Source: Capsulimonadaceae bacterium
Lineage (GTDB): Bacteria > Armatimonadota > Armatimonadia > Armatimonadales > Capsulimonadaceae
Length of the DNA: 64,000 nt
NCBI GenBank assembly: GCA_965215505.1
Contig: OZ244065.1
Coordinates: 2,784,001 to 2,848,000 of the forward strand
Direction: 5' to 3'
In this document: one piece after another, positions 48,030 through 58,041 of the stretch
How the letters are laid out: every line of letters begins with the position of its first letter
Position numbering within the stretch: position 1 is the stretch's first letter
Notes under the pieces: generated by a model
Databases searched by the model: none
Told to the model about the DNA's origin: nothing
Seen by the model: only the letters and a program-made list of their open reading frames with translations
Translations under genes and position numbers: made by a program

Positions 48030-49511
48030 CTATGACTTCTTGATGAAGTAGAGAATAACTCCAATGATTAAGGCTCCCACGAAGATTGCTGGCAAAGCAG
48101 CAACCAGCAGTTGTACAAGTAGTGGTAACAAAGCGATCAAAATCACAACGCCGATAATCTTTAGCAGACAGCTACCACCGAACAAAGATGTTCCAGCAGA
48201 ACTAGGCGAAGACGTGGCTTGTGGACGCGCCACACCGTCAAGCCGTGGAGGAGGCGTGACATAGGGAGAAGGGGGTTGGAGCACAGAAACGCGGGAGGAA
48301 TTTTCGGTAGAGGCAGCAGTGGATTTTCCCAACTCTTTGTTAAGGATATCATTGAGCAGATGTAAGAACTCGGATTTGTGGAAAGCGAGATTCGGATAGG
48401 ATTGAACGATGCGACGAAACATCGCCTGCGAGGCTGGCGGGTTTTGGATAATGTCGCCGACAATCTCTTCGAGGTTGTCTTCTCGCTCCTGCTCTGTCAC
48501 CTCATCATCATGATCAAGATATTGGGAATACACATACGCTTTAAGCGGGCGACTGACCTGGTCGTCATCCAGGACTCGCAGAGCATCCGCGTGCGCCCCC
48601 ATGATCATTCCAGCTTTTTTAACATTCTCCAGCAAGTCGGAATCGTTCACCAATGAAATACTAACGCAGTTCAGGACTTCATAAGCGCCCGTATAGGCAT
48701 TCGCGTCAAAAAAATCTACGGCAAGGTTATAGATACACGCCATTGCTGAGTTGGCTGCGCCCACATCGCCCACCGGAATGATGGCTCGGATGCGTCGGGT
48801 CGTTCGCGCTATTTCTACGGTGTTTTGTTCAACGACATGAAGTTTGAGTAACTCCAACAAAGTCCCTTGGTCTTTCAGGCTTTCAACTCCATCAAGTTGT
48901 ATCGCCTGCTCTAAAATTTCAACAGCCTGTGATGGGTCCCCCAAGTCACGATAGATGCGTGAAAGTAAAAAATAAACGTCCTGATCTTTAGGCGTGAGTG
49001 TCAGGAGAAGTTGTGCTTCCTGCTCGGCCTCGGCATTCTTATCCTGAAGCCATAGGCACCGACTGAGTTGAAACTTCAGCAAGGCGTCCTCGGGAAACAC
49101 CCCTATCAGGCGGCGAACCTCGGTTTCAGCGTTAACGAATTCCCTCGCGCTCATGAAAGCGACCACGAGGTGGCGGCGAGGCATGGACAATTCAGGCGCG
49201 ATAACAACCGCCTGCTTACAGAGCCGAACAGCAAACAGAGGATCGTCTTCAATGACCTCCATAGCCTGGTCTATTAAGGCATTGATCTGGTCGCCATGGC
49301 GGCGCATTAGATCATACTCCTGGCGTCGTCGCGGGTCGCCTAATATATCGCGGGCTTCGTTGAAGCGGCTAAAATCTTCGGGGTAATCCTCTGGGCGGAA
49401 CTTACGGACAAGACGAAAGTAAGCCTTCTTGATTTCCTCTGGCGTGGCGGTTTCGGTTACGCCCAAAGTTTCGTACAGCGTTTCGGCTGGTGTGTCACTA
49501 TTATCACTCAT
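48030..49511 (-). CDS. J-domain/TPR protein with C-terminal membrane anchor (HPD replaced by RPE)
   Basis: LYETLGV...EEIKKAYFRLVRKFRPE...F..NEA.DILGD..RRQEYD; TPRs; hydrophobic C-terminus. Confidence 0.88.
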   Translation of the reverse strand: MSDNSDTPAETLYETLGVTETATPEEIKKAYFRLVRKFRPEDYPEDFSRFNEARDILGDPRRRQEYDLMRRHGDQINALIDQAMEVIEDDPLFAVRLCKQAVVIAPELSMPRRHLVVAFMSAREFVNAETEVRRLIGVFPEDALLKFQLSRCLWLQDKNAEAEQEAQLLLTLTPKDQDVYFLLSRIYRDLGDPSQAVEILEQAIQLDGVESLKDQGTLLELLKLHVVEQNTVEIARTTRRIRAIIPVGDVGAANSAMACIYNLAVDFFDANAYTGAYEVLNCVSISLVNDSDLLENVKKAGMIMGAHADALRVLDDDQVSRPLKAYVYSQYLDHDDEVTEQEREDNLEEIVGDIIQNPPASQAMFRRIVQSYPNLAFHKSEFLHLLNDILNKELGKSTAASTENSSRVSVLQPPSPYVTPPPRLDGVARPQATSSPSSAGTSLFGGSCLLKIIGVVILIALLPLLVQLLVAALPAIFVGALIIGVILYFIKKS

Positions 49512-50653
49512 GGGTTATCCCCTGGCCGGGTGTGAGTGGCCTGTTTTGTTGCGCGGATAAGAAGACGACGGGCGGGGGGCGCTACGCCGCTCCCCCACCC
49601 GAGGCGAGCCGCCGCCGAGGCGAAATGAGCGGCAAGCCCGTAGTGACGCAAGGAGTAGGCGCGGGCGGCAGTATGCAGCCAGCGGCGGGCCTGACGCAGA
49701 TCAGCGCGACGCCGGCTGCGCCCGAGTTGCCGTTGCAGATCGTCAGGAAAAGGAACATCGGCCCCCTTCGTGTGTACAGGAGTAGGAGCAGATGACACTG
49801 AATGAGGAGGCGTAGGAAGTATGATGGGATGAGGCAAGGGAGGCATCGGCGACGGCCGCAATTCGGTCATGGTTACCGGTGGGGTCTGTGTCCCAATCCG
49901 ACCGCCCACGAATCCTAACATCAGACTAACCGCCGCGAAGCCCACCCCTACAAGTTTTAGTGTTCGAGTACCCGGCGGGGTTTTCTGAAAGTTGTCCGTA
50001 ACATTAGGTGATGGGGGGCGTTGTGCGGCCACATCGGCTACCAATTCCCCATGCCAACGTATCAGATCCGGCTCTTCGGGTGCGGAGTCTAGGCCGACGC
50101 GGCAGGCCCGCAATGCATCCTCCGTCTGGCCCGCGCCGTTTAGGCTGAGAACATTCAACTTGCGCGCCGGCATCAGCCACGGGGCCACGTCAAGGCAAGC
50201 CTCAGTGGCTTTTACAGCCTCCGGCCAGCGCGCCGCCAGCGCCGCCTCTAGCGCACCTTTATAGGTCTGCGTGAGAGTAACCGGTGTGGCGTCATGCCGC
50301 GCCAGTTCTTCCTGCCAAGTTACGGGTAACCCTGCGATCGAAACACGTTCCCAATCGCCGGTAACAGCAGCGCATAGGGCTTCGAGACGGTCCAGTGCCT
50401 CATGCCGCAGGCCGAGGCCGCGCGCTGTCAGGATGCCCGTCCGCGCGTCTGCGTACCGTCCTTGTAGAGCGGCTTCCCGTGCCCGATCGTACTCGGCACA
50501 GGCCGATGCCAATAGAGAATTGACATCGGCTTGTTCCAAGCCACACTTCGGGCAGCGCCCGACGGAGTCCCATGGCAGGCCGTCGTCCGGACAGGCAGGG
50601 GTGGGAACAAGCGCATTAAGGAAGTGAGATGGGGAAGTCGCACCTAGAGTCAT
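49508..50653 (-). CDS. Zn-ribbon/TPR-like single-TM protein
   Basis: CP..(x9)..CPKC, helical repeats, TM near aa 232-250, Pro-rich linker; ATGA overlap with the J gene. Confidence 0.7.
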   Translation of the reverse strand: MTLGATSPSHFLNALVPTPACPDDGLPWDSVGRCPKCGLEQADVNSLLASACAEYDRAREAALQGRYADARTGILTARGLGLRHEALDRLEALCAAVTGDWERVSIAGLPVTWQEELARHDATPVTLTQTYKGALEAALAARWPEAVKATEACLDVAPWLMPARKLNVLSLNGAGQTEDALRACRVGLDSAPEEPDLIRWHGELVADVAAQRPPSPNVTDNFQKTPPGTRTLKLVGVGFAAVSLMLGFVGGRIGTQTPPVTMTELRPSPMPPLPHPIILPTPPHSVSSAPTPVHTKGADVPFPDDLQRQLGRSRRRADLRQARRWLHTAARAYSLRHYGLAAHFASAAARLGWGSGVAPPARRLLIRATKQATHTRPGDNP

Positions 50654-50655
50654 TG

Positions 50656-52344
50656 TCAGGACAGCTCAAATAAAAGGTCGGTCAGTGTGTCTAAGCGGCG
50701 CTCCACTTCGGGCTTGTCACCGGCAGCGAGGGCAGAACGCAAACGGTCCGCCGCTTCTTGCAAGCGGGGAGCCTGTGCCGGAAGTTCTTGTTGCTTCTGT
50801 TTAGCCTGTTCCAGCAGGGGCGAACAGCGCTTGGCATCATCCGAACTTTGCCAGAGATTATCCAGGTTCAGTCTAGACGCTTGCATCTCAGTGGGATCGA
50901 CCCGCCCTACCACTGAGAACTGCCCGTCAACCTTGATTTCTGGAGCTAAGATGCACCACGCAGAAGCGTCCAGCGTCCCATCCAGCGTATAACGGAATTC
51001 GATTCGGAGAGGCTGTCCGGCCGGCGCGCGTGGGATGTTGTCCAGAGGCATCTCGCCGATTAGCCGATGGTCACCGCAAGAATCACTATCATTAGTCGCT
51101 TCAAATATTCGGACCATGATCGCCTCCTGACCATCGTAAAGCGTTTCATAATCACTCGACTTGAAGGCAGGCAGCTTGTCATCTTTGGGGATGATCTCGC
51201 TGAACTGATCATCGAGAATTCGGACCCCCAGACGATGCGGCGCATTGTCGAGAATCATGATGCCATCATCAGCGAATTCGCGCGCCTCAATGCCTGCGGC
51301 GATGGCCGCTCCCCGCGCGACCGCCTCATCGGGATTATCGTACTCCTGGAGTTTTCGGCCCCAGCGTCGTTCCAGTTCACGGCGAAAAACGGGGATGCGA
51401 CTGGAACCGCCGACCGGCAGAATCACATCAATGTCATTGTAAGTTAGTTGTGCGCGCTTCAGAGCCTCATCCACCAACCGCATTGCCCGATCCAGCATCG
51501 CAGCCAGAAGGATTTCAAACTCACCAAGTAGCATGGTCAGTCCCACGAGGCGACCTTCCAGAAGGTAAGGAACATCCATCGTCGTGGAGGTCATTGTGGA
51601 TAAACGCTTCTTGTTCTCCTCGGCGAACTGCTTCAAGACCTGCCGGTCACGGAGATTCCCTTCCGGGAACATCTTCCCATTCTGCGTGAAGTATTGACGC
51701 TCGTAATAGCGCTCAAGCAACGCATCTACATCTTTGCCGCCTAAGCGGTCATCACCGACGGACGTTTTAACATCCAGAACTCCCTCGAACATCTCGAGGA
51801 TGGTAACATCCAGTGTGCCACCGCCGAAGTCAAAGACGAGGACTTTCTGCTCATCCTCCAGGTGATCCAATCCATACGAGAGGGCGGCGGCGGTTGGCTC
51901 GTTGATGAGACGGACCACGTTCAAACCGGCCAACTCGGCGGCGCGTTTGGTGGCTTCACGCGCGGGATTGTCAAAACGGGCAGGAACGGAAATGACGACA
52001 TCTTGAACGGCACCAGGACCGAGTCTGGCTTCAGCCGCTTCCTTGAGGTAACGCAGGATGAAGTGAGAAATTTCTTCCGGTCGAAACGTCTTCTCGCCAA
52101 GCGTGATGACTTGGTCAGTGCCCATCATCCGCTTGACTTCCTGCGCTGTTCTGTCGACGTAGGTGATTGCACCGCTCTTAGCGATTGTGCCGACGATTAT
52201 TTGCCCATCTGGCTGAAGTTGCACCACGCTGGGTATGATGCGGTCCCCCTGGGCGTCTTGTAGCAGCTCTGGTCGTCCGTTTCGTAACACAGCGATTTCC
52301 GATGTTGAGGTGCCTAAATCAATTCCAATGATCGGTTTGTCCAT
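50656..52344 (-). CDS. Hsp70-family chaperone (non-canonical DnaK/HscC-like)
   Basis: GIDLGT, ISVPA.F, INEPTAAA, DFGGGTLD and VGGSSRIP motifs. Confidence 0.95.
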   Translation of the reverse strand: MDKPIIGIDLGTSTSEIAVLRNGRPELLQDAQGDRIIPSVVQLQPDGQIIVGTIAKSGAITYVDRTAQEVKRMMGTDQVITLGEKTFRPEEISHFILRYLKEAAEARLGPGAVQDVVISVPARFDNPAREATKRAAELAGLNVVRLINEPTAAALSYGLDHLEDEQKVLVFDFGGGTLDVTILEMFEGVLDVKTSVGDDRLGGKDVDALLERYYERQYFTQNGKMFPEGNLRDRQVLKQFAEENKKRLSTMTSTTMDVPYLLEGRLVGLTMLLGEFEILLAAMLDRAMRLVDEALKRAQLTYNDIDVILPVGGSSRIPVFRRELERRWGRKLQEYDNPDEAVARGAAIAAGIEAREFADDGIMILDNAPHRLGVRILDDQFSEIIPKDDKLPAFKSSDYETLYDGQEAIMVRIFEATNDSDSCGDHRLIGEMPLDNIPRAPAGQPLRIEFRYTLDGTLDASAWCILAPEIKVDGQFSVVGRVDPTEMQASRLNLDNLWQSSDDAKRCSPLLEQAKQKQQELPAQAPRLQEAADRLRSALAAGDKPEVERRLDTLTDLLFELS

Positions 52345-52375
52345 TTTTGTTGAACCTCTTCAAACAATGTGCGAC

Positions 52376-52972
52376 TCAGGCGGCAGTAACGACTCCAGCG
52401 CGGCGCAGAATTTCAGGCCCGTTTTGAAAGCCGCGCCGGATTACCTTCACCACATGGTACTGCGGAACTTCACTCGACGCCTGCGTATCCAAACCCTCGT
52501 GGAGTTGACCATCGAAAGGTCCGTCTGTGGTGATCTCAGTAATCCCAACACCCGACAAGCGACGCATGCAGTCCTGCTGGGCGGCCTCAACATCGTGGGC
52601 GAAGGCTTCCTGGCCCTTTTGCAGCAGTGACTCATACACCCAATCTAGTGCATCCATTAACTGAATTGCAGTCAATGAAATCTGCCTCATCTGGCGTTCA
52701 GCCGCAGCACGAGCATCATCCAGTTTCTCCACACGCTCGTCACGCTCCGCCTGCTGCCGTGCGAGTTCCTGATAGCGCTGGTCTAACGCCTCTGTGGACG
52801 CACTCAGGCGCATGATTAATCGCCCCTGTTTAGACACGATCTGAAGCGGCGAGACAACTGCTTCAGTTGCGCCTCCACTCGTCCCAGTTCCTCCGCTCAA
52901 AGGAGGCAAGCGCCTGAGTTCTTCCCGGATATTCAAAGCCATATGAAATAGTACCCTTCCTGGCACACTCAT
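52376..52972 (-). CDS. GrpE-like nucleotide exchange factor
   Basis: Coiled coil followed by GITEI...G.FD..LHE and VIRRGF.....LRRA.V. Confidence 0.85.
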   Translation of the reverse strand: MSVPGRVLFHMALNIREELRRLPPLSGGTGTSGGATEAVVSPLQIVSKQGRLIMRLSASTEALDQRYQELARQQAERDERVEKLDDARAAAERQMRQISLTAIQLMDALDWVYESLLQKGQEAFAHDVEAAQQDCMRRLSGVGITEITTDGPFDGQLHEGLDTQASSEVPQYHVVKVIRRGFQNGPEILRRAGVVTAA

Positions 52973-53169
52973 CCGACGAAGTAAGTCGGTAGCGCTTTGT
53001 CAAACGATGGCGGTGACAAGAGGTTGTGAAACAGATGCAGACCGCCGATATATTTCATGCACAAACCATGCCAAACCTGGTATTTCGTACAGGGTGCAGA
53101 AAATAAAAAAGCCCGATGAGCAATAACCCCGCATGACAGGTGTGGGGTTTGGTCGGTTAGGGCCACAGT

Positions 53170-53544
53170 CTAGTGGTGCCCCGCCCCCGCCGCCTCGCCG
53201 CGCTCGATCTGGCGGCGGCGCTGGCGCTGGATCTGGAGGGGCTGCAAGTCCACGCACAGGACGGTTTCGGCCAGGCCGCGCGCGTGGATCACTTCGCGGA
53301 GGCTGGGGATCAGCTTGTGCTCGACGAAGTCGGCGTAGACCTCGTTGTAGTTGTAGGTCTCGACGGCGGCGGTCCACTTGACCCCCTGCGATCGCTCCCC
53401 GGCAGGGTAGTAGAACAGGGTCGGCCCGGTGCCCGTACTCCACTCGATGACCACCTTGGAGGCGCTGTGCGCCTTCCAGGCGTCGCACTTGAGGCGCAGC
53501 GTTTCCATGTCGAACTGTGGTTCCTGATGCAGCTTTCGCTCCAT
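53170..53544 (-). CDS. Hypothetical protein
   Basis: ORF with host-like codon usage; TGnTATAAT upstream at about 53596-53604. Confidence 0.75.
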   Translation of the reverse strand: MERKLHQEPQFDMETLRLKCDAWKAHSASKVVIEWSTGTGPTLFYYPAGERSQGVKWTAAVETYNYNEVYADFVEHKLIPSLREVIHARGLAETVLCVDLQPLQIQRQRRRQIERGEAAGAGHH

Positions 53545-53627
53545 GGGGGTGTGTTTCTCCTCGCGGATCGTCTTCTAGAGATTGGGAACGGGATTATTAT
53601 AGCACACGCAGGGCCATCCCAGCCTGC

Positions 53628-54494
53628 TCACGCCTCATTCTTCAGGGCGAGCATGGCGGCATAGACCTCGCGCTTGGACAGCTTGCGGTCCGCGCTGATC
53701 GCCTTGACGGCGTCCCGCTCGCTCTGCCCGGCGTCCAGGGCGGCGCGCAGGGCGGTGGGCAGATCCACCGGCTCCGGCTCGGGCAAGGCGGCGGCCTCCT
53801 CGTCGTCGCTGTCCCCGGCCAGCCCTTGCACGACGACGGTGATCTCGCCGCGCGCCGCATGAGCGTCGAAGTGGGCGGCGACTTCGGACAGGGGGCCGCG
53901 CACGAACTCCTCGAACTTCTTGGTCAGCTCGCGTCCCACGGCGGCGGGCCGGGCCGGGCCGAAGGCGTCCCGCATCTCGCGCAGGGTTTCGGCGATGCGC
54001 TGCGGGGACTCGTAGAAGATCAGCGTCCGCGTCTCCAAACGGGCGAGATTGGCGAGCTTCGCGCGGCGCGGGCCTTTGGTGCGCGGCAGGAAGCCCTCAA
54101 AGGCGAACCGGGCGGGCGCGATCCCGCTGCCGACGAGGGCGCACAGGACGGCGCTCGCGCCGGGGATGGGGACGACGGGGATGTCGGCGGCGAGTGCGGC
54201 CCGGACGAGTTCGACGCCGGGGTCCGAAACGCCGGGCGTCCCGGCGTCGGTGACGAGGGCGACGGTCTGGCCTTCGAGCAGCCTCCGGACAAGGTTCTCG
54301 GCCCGCCCGGCTTCGGAGTGCTGGTGATAGGCGACGAGTGGCGTCCCGATCTCGAAGTGGGACAGGAGGGCGCGGGTGTGCCGGGTGTCCTCGGCGGCCA
54401 CCAGGTCCGCTTCTTTCAGCAGCCGCAGGGCGCGCAGGGTGATGTCTTCGAGGTTGCCGATGGGCGTGGCGACGATGTAGAGGGTTCCGGACAT
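53628..54494 (-). CDS. rsmI: 16S rRNA C1402 2'-O-methyltransferase
   Basis: LYIVATPIGNLEDIT, DAGTP.VSDPG and RELTK.FEE motifs. Confidence 0.97.
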   Translation of the reverse strand: MSGTLYIVATPIGNLEDITLRALRLLKEADLVAAEDTRHTRALLSHFEIGTPLVAYHQHSEAGRAENLVRRLLEGQTVALVTDAGTPGVSDPGVELVRAALAADIPVVPIPGASAVLCALVGSGIAPARFAFEGFLPRTKGPRRAKLANLARLETRTLIFYESPQRIAETLREMRDAFGPARPAAVGRELTKKFEEFVRGPLSEVAAHFDAHAARGEITVVVQGLAGDSDDEEAAALPEPEPVDLPTALRAALDAGQSERDAVKAISADRKLSKREVYAAMLALKNEA

Positions 54495-54545
54495 GGGTTA
54501 CATCGAATGAGTGTAGAAGAGGACGGAATGAAGCAGGAGAGTGAA

Positions 54546-54613
54546 GGGCGAACACAAGGTTCGCCCCTACGGGGAAGGCAGACGGGGCGTAGGGGCGAAC
54601 CTTGTGTTCGCCC
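54546..54613. repeat. GTAG-type REP doublet
   Basis: gggcgaacacaaggttcgcccctac / gtaggggcgaaccttgtgttcgccc. Confidence 0.85.
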
Positions 54614-54658
54614 TTCCTACTGCGTCCGCCCCTTTATATCCCTCTTCTCAGCTTTCGC

Positions 54659-56329
54659 CTACTGCCCCGGTTTGGGTGCCGGGGCCGCCGAGGGCACCAC
54701 ATGGATCGAGCCGGCGGGGCGGCCCGCCGGGACGCCCGCGCCGCGCACGGGGGCAGCCCCGCCGGGTGCGCCTGGCATCCCCGGCATCCCGTTGGGTGCG
54801 CCCGGCGCGGGGTGGGCCAGCGCGTAAGTCTTGAGCCAGTCCATCTCTTTGGCGGCAAGCTCCGGGTGGTTCGCCTCCCGGTAGTCCGTCAGGAGCTGGA
54901 TGTGCGTTGTCTGGTCGTTCCAGGCCAGTGTGGAGGCCTGCTGGAAATGGGGCAGGGCCTTGGCGGCCTGCTTGTCGTCCAGGTACATCTTGCCCAGGGT
55001 CAGTTCCAGCGAGGCATCGTCGCGGGACTTCAGAGCCTCCTCATAGGCAGCCATCGCCTGCGGCGTCTGGTGCAAGGCCTGGTAGACTTGCGCCAGGGCG
55101 GCGTTGATCGCCGCCTTCTCCGTGGCCGGCGGGTTCGCCTTCAATGCCCTCTGGTAGTCGGCCGACGCCTCCTGGTACTTCGGCTGGCCCTGGATGCCCG
55201 AGCGACCCGCCTCGGAGAAGGCGCGGTCGCCGGCCAGGGCGGGGTCCTTGACATCGATCTTGGCGCTGCTCTTGAGGCTCGCCATCATGTCCTGGTACTT
55301 GGCCTGGGCGCGCGTGTCCCGGACGAGGGCGATGTACTTGGCCTTGTTCTTGTCGAAGTCGGCGGGCAGGGCGCTCTTGACGGCGTCCAGCTTGATGATG
55401 AAGTAGCCGTACTGCGGCGAGGTCACCACGTCGGGCGTCACCTCGCCCGGCTTGAGGCTGAACGCGGCCTTTTTGAATTCGGGGATGTACTGCGTGCTTT
55501 CGTCAATGAAGCCGTCGTCGCCGCCCTTGTCCTTGGTGCCGGTGTCATCGGAATACTGCTTCGCCAGGGCGGCGAAGTCCGCGCCGGGGGCCTTGGCCTT
55601 GGCGAGAATCGTCTGCGCCTGGGTCTTGGCCTGCACGTCCGAACGCTTCTTGTTGTCGATCAGGATGTGGCGCGTGTGGTACTTGGTGTAGAACTGGCGC
55701 GCGTCGGCCTCGTTGACGACGACCGTGTTGTTGAAGGCGGCCTGGACGCGGCCGGGCTGTCCGGCCTGGGGGTCGCCCAGCAGGATGATCTGGCGCAGGG
55801 TTTCGTCGGGCAGCTTCTGCTCCAGGGTTTCGGAATTGGCTTTCACCAGGGCGGCGTCAATGTCCGCGAGGGAGGCGGTGGCGGGAAGGCTGAGAGTCTG
55901 GCGCAGGTTGGACTGGTTCACGAGGTCCGCGCGCTTCTTCGCGATCTCGGCGTCGGGGACCGTGACGCCCATGTTCTTGGCCTGCTGCAACTGGAGCTTG
56001 GCGTTGACGAGCTGGTCCAGGGCGATGCTGTTGAGGAAGGGCTGCTCGGCGATGCCGATGGTGCGGCCCGAGAGCATCGGCGAGGTCTTGACCTGCTGCA
56101 TCGCGCCGTCGAAGTCGCCGCGCGTGATCGGGTCGCCGTTGACCGTCGCGATCACATCCTCCCCGGTCTGCACGGCCGGGGCGGCGCTGCCGCCCAGGCC
56201 CCCCACGTTCAGCAGGCCGAACCCGACCAGACCGAACGTAAGCAGTGCGCCGATCACCCACAGGCCCCACTTGCCGAGGGGGTTGCGCGAGACGTTTTCC
56301 AAGCCGTTACGGAACGAATTCAATGACAT
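54659..56329 (-). CDS. SurA/PrsA-like parvulin PPIase with C-terminal TPRs
   Basis: IATVNG..IT, RHILI, FAALAKQYSDD..K..GGD.G and YGYFIIK motifs. Confidence 0.9.
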   Translation of the reverse strand: MSLNSFRNGLENVSRNPLGKWGLWVIGALLTFGLVGFGLLNVGGLGGSAAPAVQTGEDVIATVNGDPITRGDFDGAMQQVKTSPMLSGRTIGIAEQPFLNSIALDQLVNAKLQLQQAKNMGVTVPDAEIAKKRADLVNQSNLRQTLSLPATASLADIDAALVKANSETLEQKLPDETLRQIILLGDPQAGQPGRVQAAFNNTVVVNEADARQFYTKYHTRHILIDNKKRSDVQAKTQAQTILAKAKAPGADFAALAKQYSDDTGTKDKGGDDGFIDESTQYIPEFKKAAFSLKPGEVTPDVVTSPQYGYFIIKLDAVKSALPADFDKNKAKYIALVRDTRAQAKYQDMMASLKSSAKIDVKDPALAGDRAFSEAGRSGIQGQPKYQEASADYQRALKANPPATEKAAINAALAQVYQALHQTPQAMAAYEEALKSRDDASLELTLGKMYLDDKQAAKALPHFQQASTLAWNDQTTHIQLLTDYREANHPELAAKEMDWLKTYALAHPAPGAPNGMPGMPGAPGGAAPVRGAGVPAGRPAGSIHVVPSAAPAPKPGQ

Positions 56330-56354
56330 CGGTTATCTGTTTCCTGAGTAGTTG

Positions 56355-57215
56355 TTACTGTGAGTCCACGCGCGCCAGCAGCGCCTGCAAGCCTTCCAGG
56401 CAGGCCCGCGAGGACGCCTCTTTGGTCCCGTGGCCGCCGTAGTGCGTTTCCAAAGAGAGCCAGCCCGCGTAGCCGTCCCGCTTGAGGGCGGCCAGTTGCC
56501 CGGACCAGTCTATCTCGCCCGCGCCGACCACCGCCCATTCCGGGGCCGGTGCGCCCGGCGCGATGGATGCGTCCTTGACGTGGACATGGGCGATGAAGTC
56601 CTTGATCGCCTCGTAGCCCGTCGGGAAGGGCAGTTCCCCCGCCATGAAGGCGTTGCCGGGGTCCCAGACGGCCCGGACGGCGGGCGAGGCGATCTCCTCC
56701 AGGACGCGGGCCGTCTGCGCCCCGGTCGCGAGGCAGCAGGCGTGTTCGTTCTCGACCACCAGAGTCAGCCCCGCCCGCTCGGCCATTTGGGCCGGCTCGG
56801 CGTAGGCGTCCACGATCATCTCCTCCTGCAAGGGCGTCAGCGGCCCCTGCTTCCAGAAGGAGAAGGTCCGGATCAGCGTCGTGCCGAAGAAGCGCGCCGC
56901 CTCCATGCACCGCTCCAGCACGGCGATCTGGTCGCCCAGGCCCAGCGCGGAGGCGCTGTGCAGCGGCCCGAGCGGTCCGTCCACTTCCACGCCGGGCAGG
57001 GCGCACTTGTAGAAGGGCGAGGCGATGCCCACGACGGTCATGCCGCGCGCGTCCAGCAGGTCTTTCGCTCGCTGCCAATACTCCTGGGGGGCCTCGGCGA
57101 TGTTCTTGTCCCAGACCTGACGCAGCTCCGCCCCGGTCACGCCGTACTCGGCCATGACGTCCAGGGCGTGCCCCAGGTCGGCATCAATCTCGTCGGTGAT
57201 CACGGCAAGTTTCAT
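56355..57215 (-). CDS. Sugar phosphate isomerase/epimerase
   Basis: KLAVITDEI, ENEH, WDPGN, HVHVKD and SLETH motifs. Confidence 0.88.
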   Translation of the reverse strand: MKLAVITDEIDADLGHALDVMAEYGVTGAELRQVWDKNIAEAPQEYWQRAKDLLDARGMTVVGIASPFYKCALPGVEVDGPLGPLHSASALGLGDQIAVLERCMEAARFFGTTLIRTFSFWKQGPLTPLQEEMIVDAYAEPAQMAERAGLTLVVENEHACCLATGAQTARVLEEIASPAVRAVWDPGNAFMAGELPFPTGYEAIKDFIAHVHVKDASIAPGAPAPEWAVVGAGEIDWSGQLAALKRDGYAGWLSLETHYGGHGTKEASSRACLEGLQALLARVDSQ

Positions 57216-57341
57216 CGCAGTTCGTCTCCCCTCTTTAGGATACGCAAAAAAGAGCCGTTTCATTCTAGCCGATAGCGCCGGGTTTGTCAACAAACGGGGG
57301 AGGGTACACAGAGTCAATCTGGCGAAAGCAGGAGTTTTCTT

Positions 57342-57956
57342 ATGGCACAAGAGCGTTTGGACAGGCACGACGGCATCCACCACGAGCTGTTCGACGAGGA
57401 CACGAACCAGGTCGGCAGCCTGGGCGACATCGTAGAAAAGCACGCGGGCGACGCCGTGTTCCTCACCCCCTCCGAGAAGAGCGTCGGCGGCGCGGACGCC
57501 GGCCTGAGCGACTGGGAGGCCGAGATGCTGGAGGCCGACCCCGCCCCCGACGCGGGCATGGACGAAGGCGACCTCTACTCCGCCGAGGATCAAGATACCA
57601 TCGAAGGCACCGACGGTAGCGGCACGGTGGCGGGCATCGCACGCGGCTTCGGGACGCATCTGCCGCAGGACATCGGCGTGGGCGGCTTCCAGGTCGAGTC
57701 CATCCCGGACAGCGCGCTGAAGTCGCGCGTCCGCCCCCTCGCCGACGGCGAAGAACTCGATGATTACGATGACGATGCTGACGACGGCAAGGATGATGCC
57801 ACGGGCATTCTCGCCCAGGACTCCGAGCCGTTCAGCCACATGGTTTCCACCGACCCCGACGCCGACGGGGAGCCGACGCCGGGGCGCATCCCTCTGAAGC
57901 AGCCCCACCCCAGCGCCGAAGATGATGCCCTGGACGCGACGCGGCAGATGAAGTAG
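57342..57956 (+). CDS. Highly acidic hypothetical protein
   Basis: SD AGGAG; D/E-rich low-complexity ORF followed by a terminator. Confidence 0.75.
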   Translation: MAQERLDRHDGIHHELFDEDTNQVGSLGDIVEKHAGDAVFLTPSEKSVGGADAGLSDWEAEMLEADPAPDAGMDEGDLYSAEDQDTIEGTDGSGTVAGIARGFGTHLPQDIGVGGFQVESIPDSALKSRVRPLADGEELDDYDDDADDGKDDATGILAQDSEPFSHMVSTDPDADGEPTPGRIPLKQPHPSAEDDALDATRQMK

Positions 57957-57972
57957 CGGGCAGCGCAGGAAC

Positions 57973-58008
57973 GGGGAGCGGGCCGAACGGCCCGCTCCCC
58001 TTCTTTTT
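57973..58008 (+). terminator. Rho-independent terminator
   Basis: ggggagcgggccg-aa-cggcccgctcccc-ttcttttt. Confidence 0.85.
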
Positions 58009-58041
58009 GCGGTACAATCTCGCCCAGAGGGACCAAGCCGC

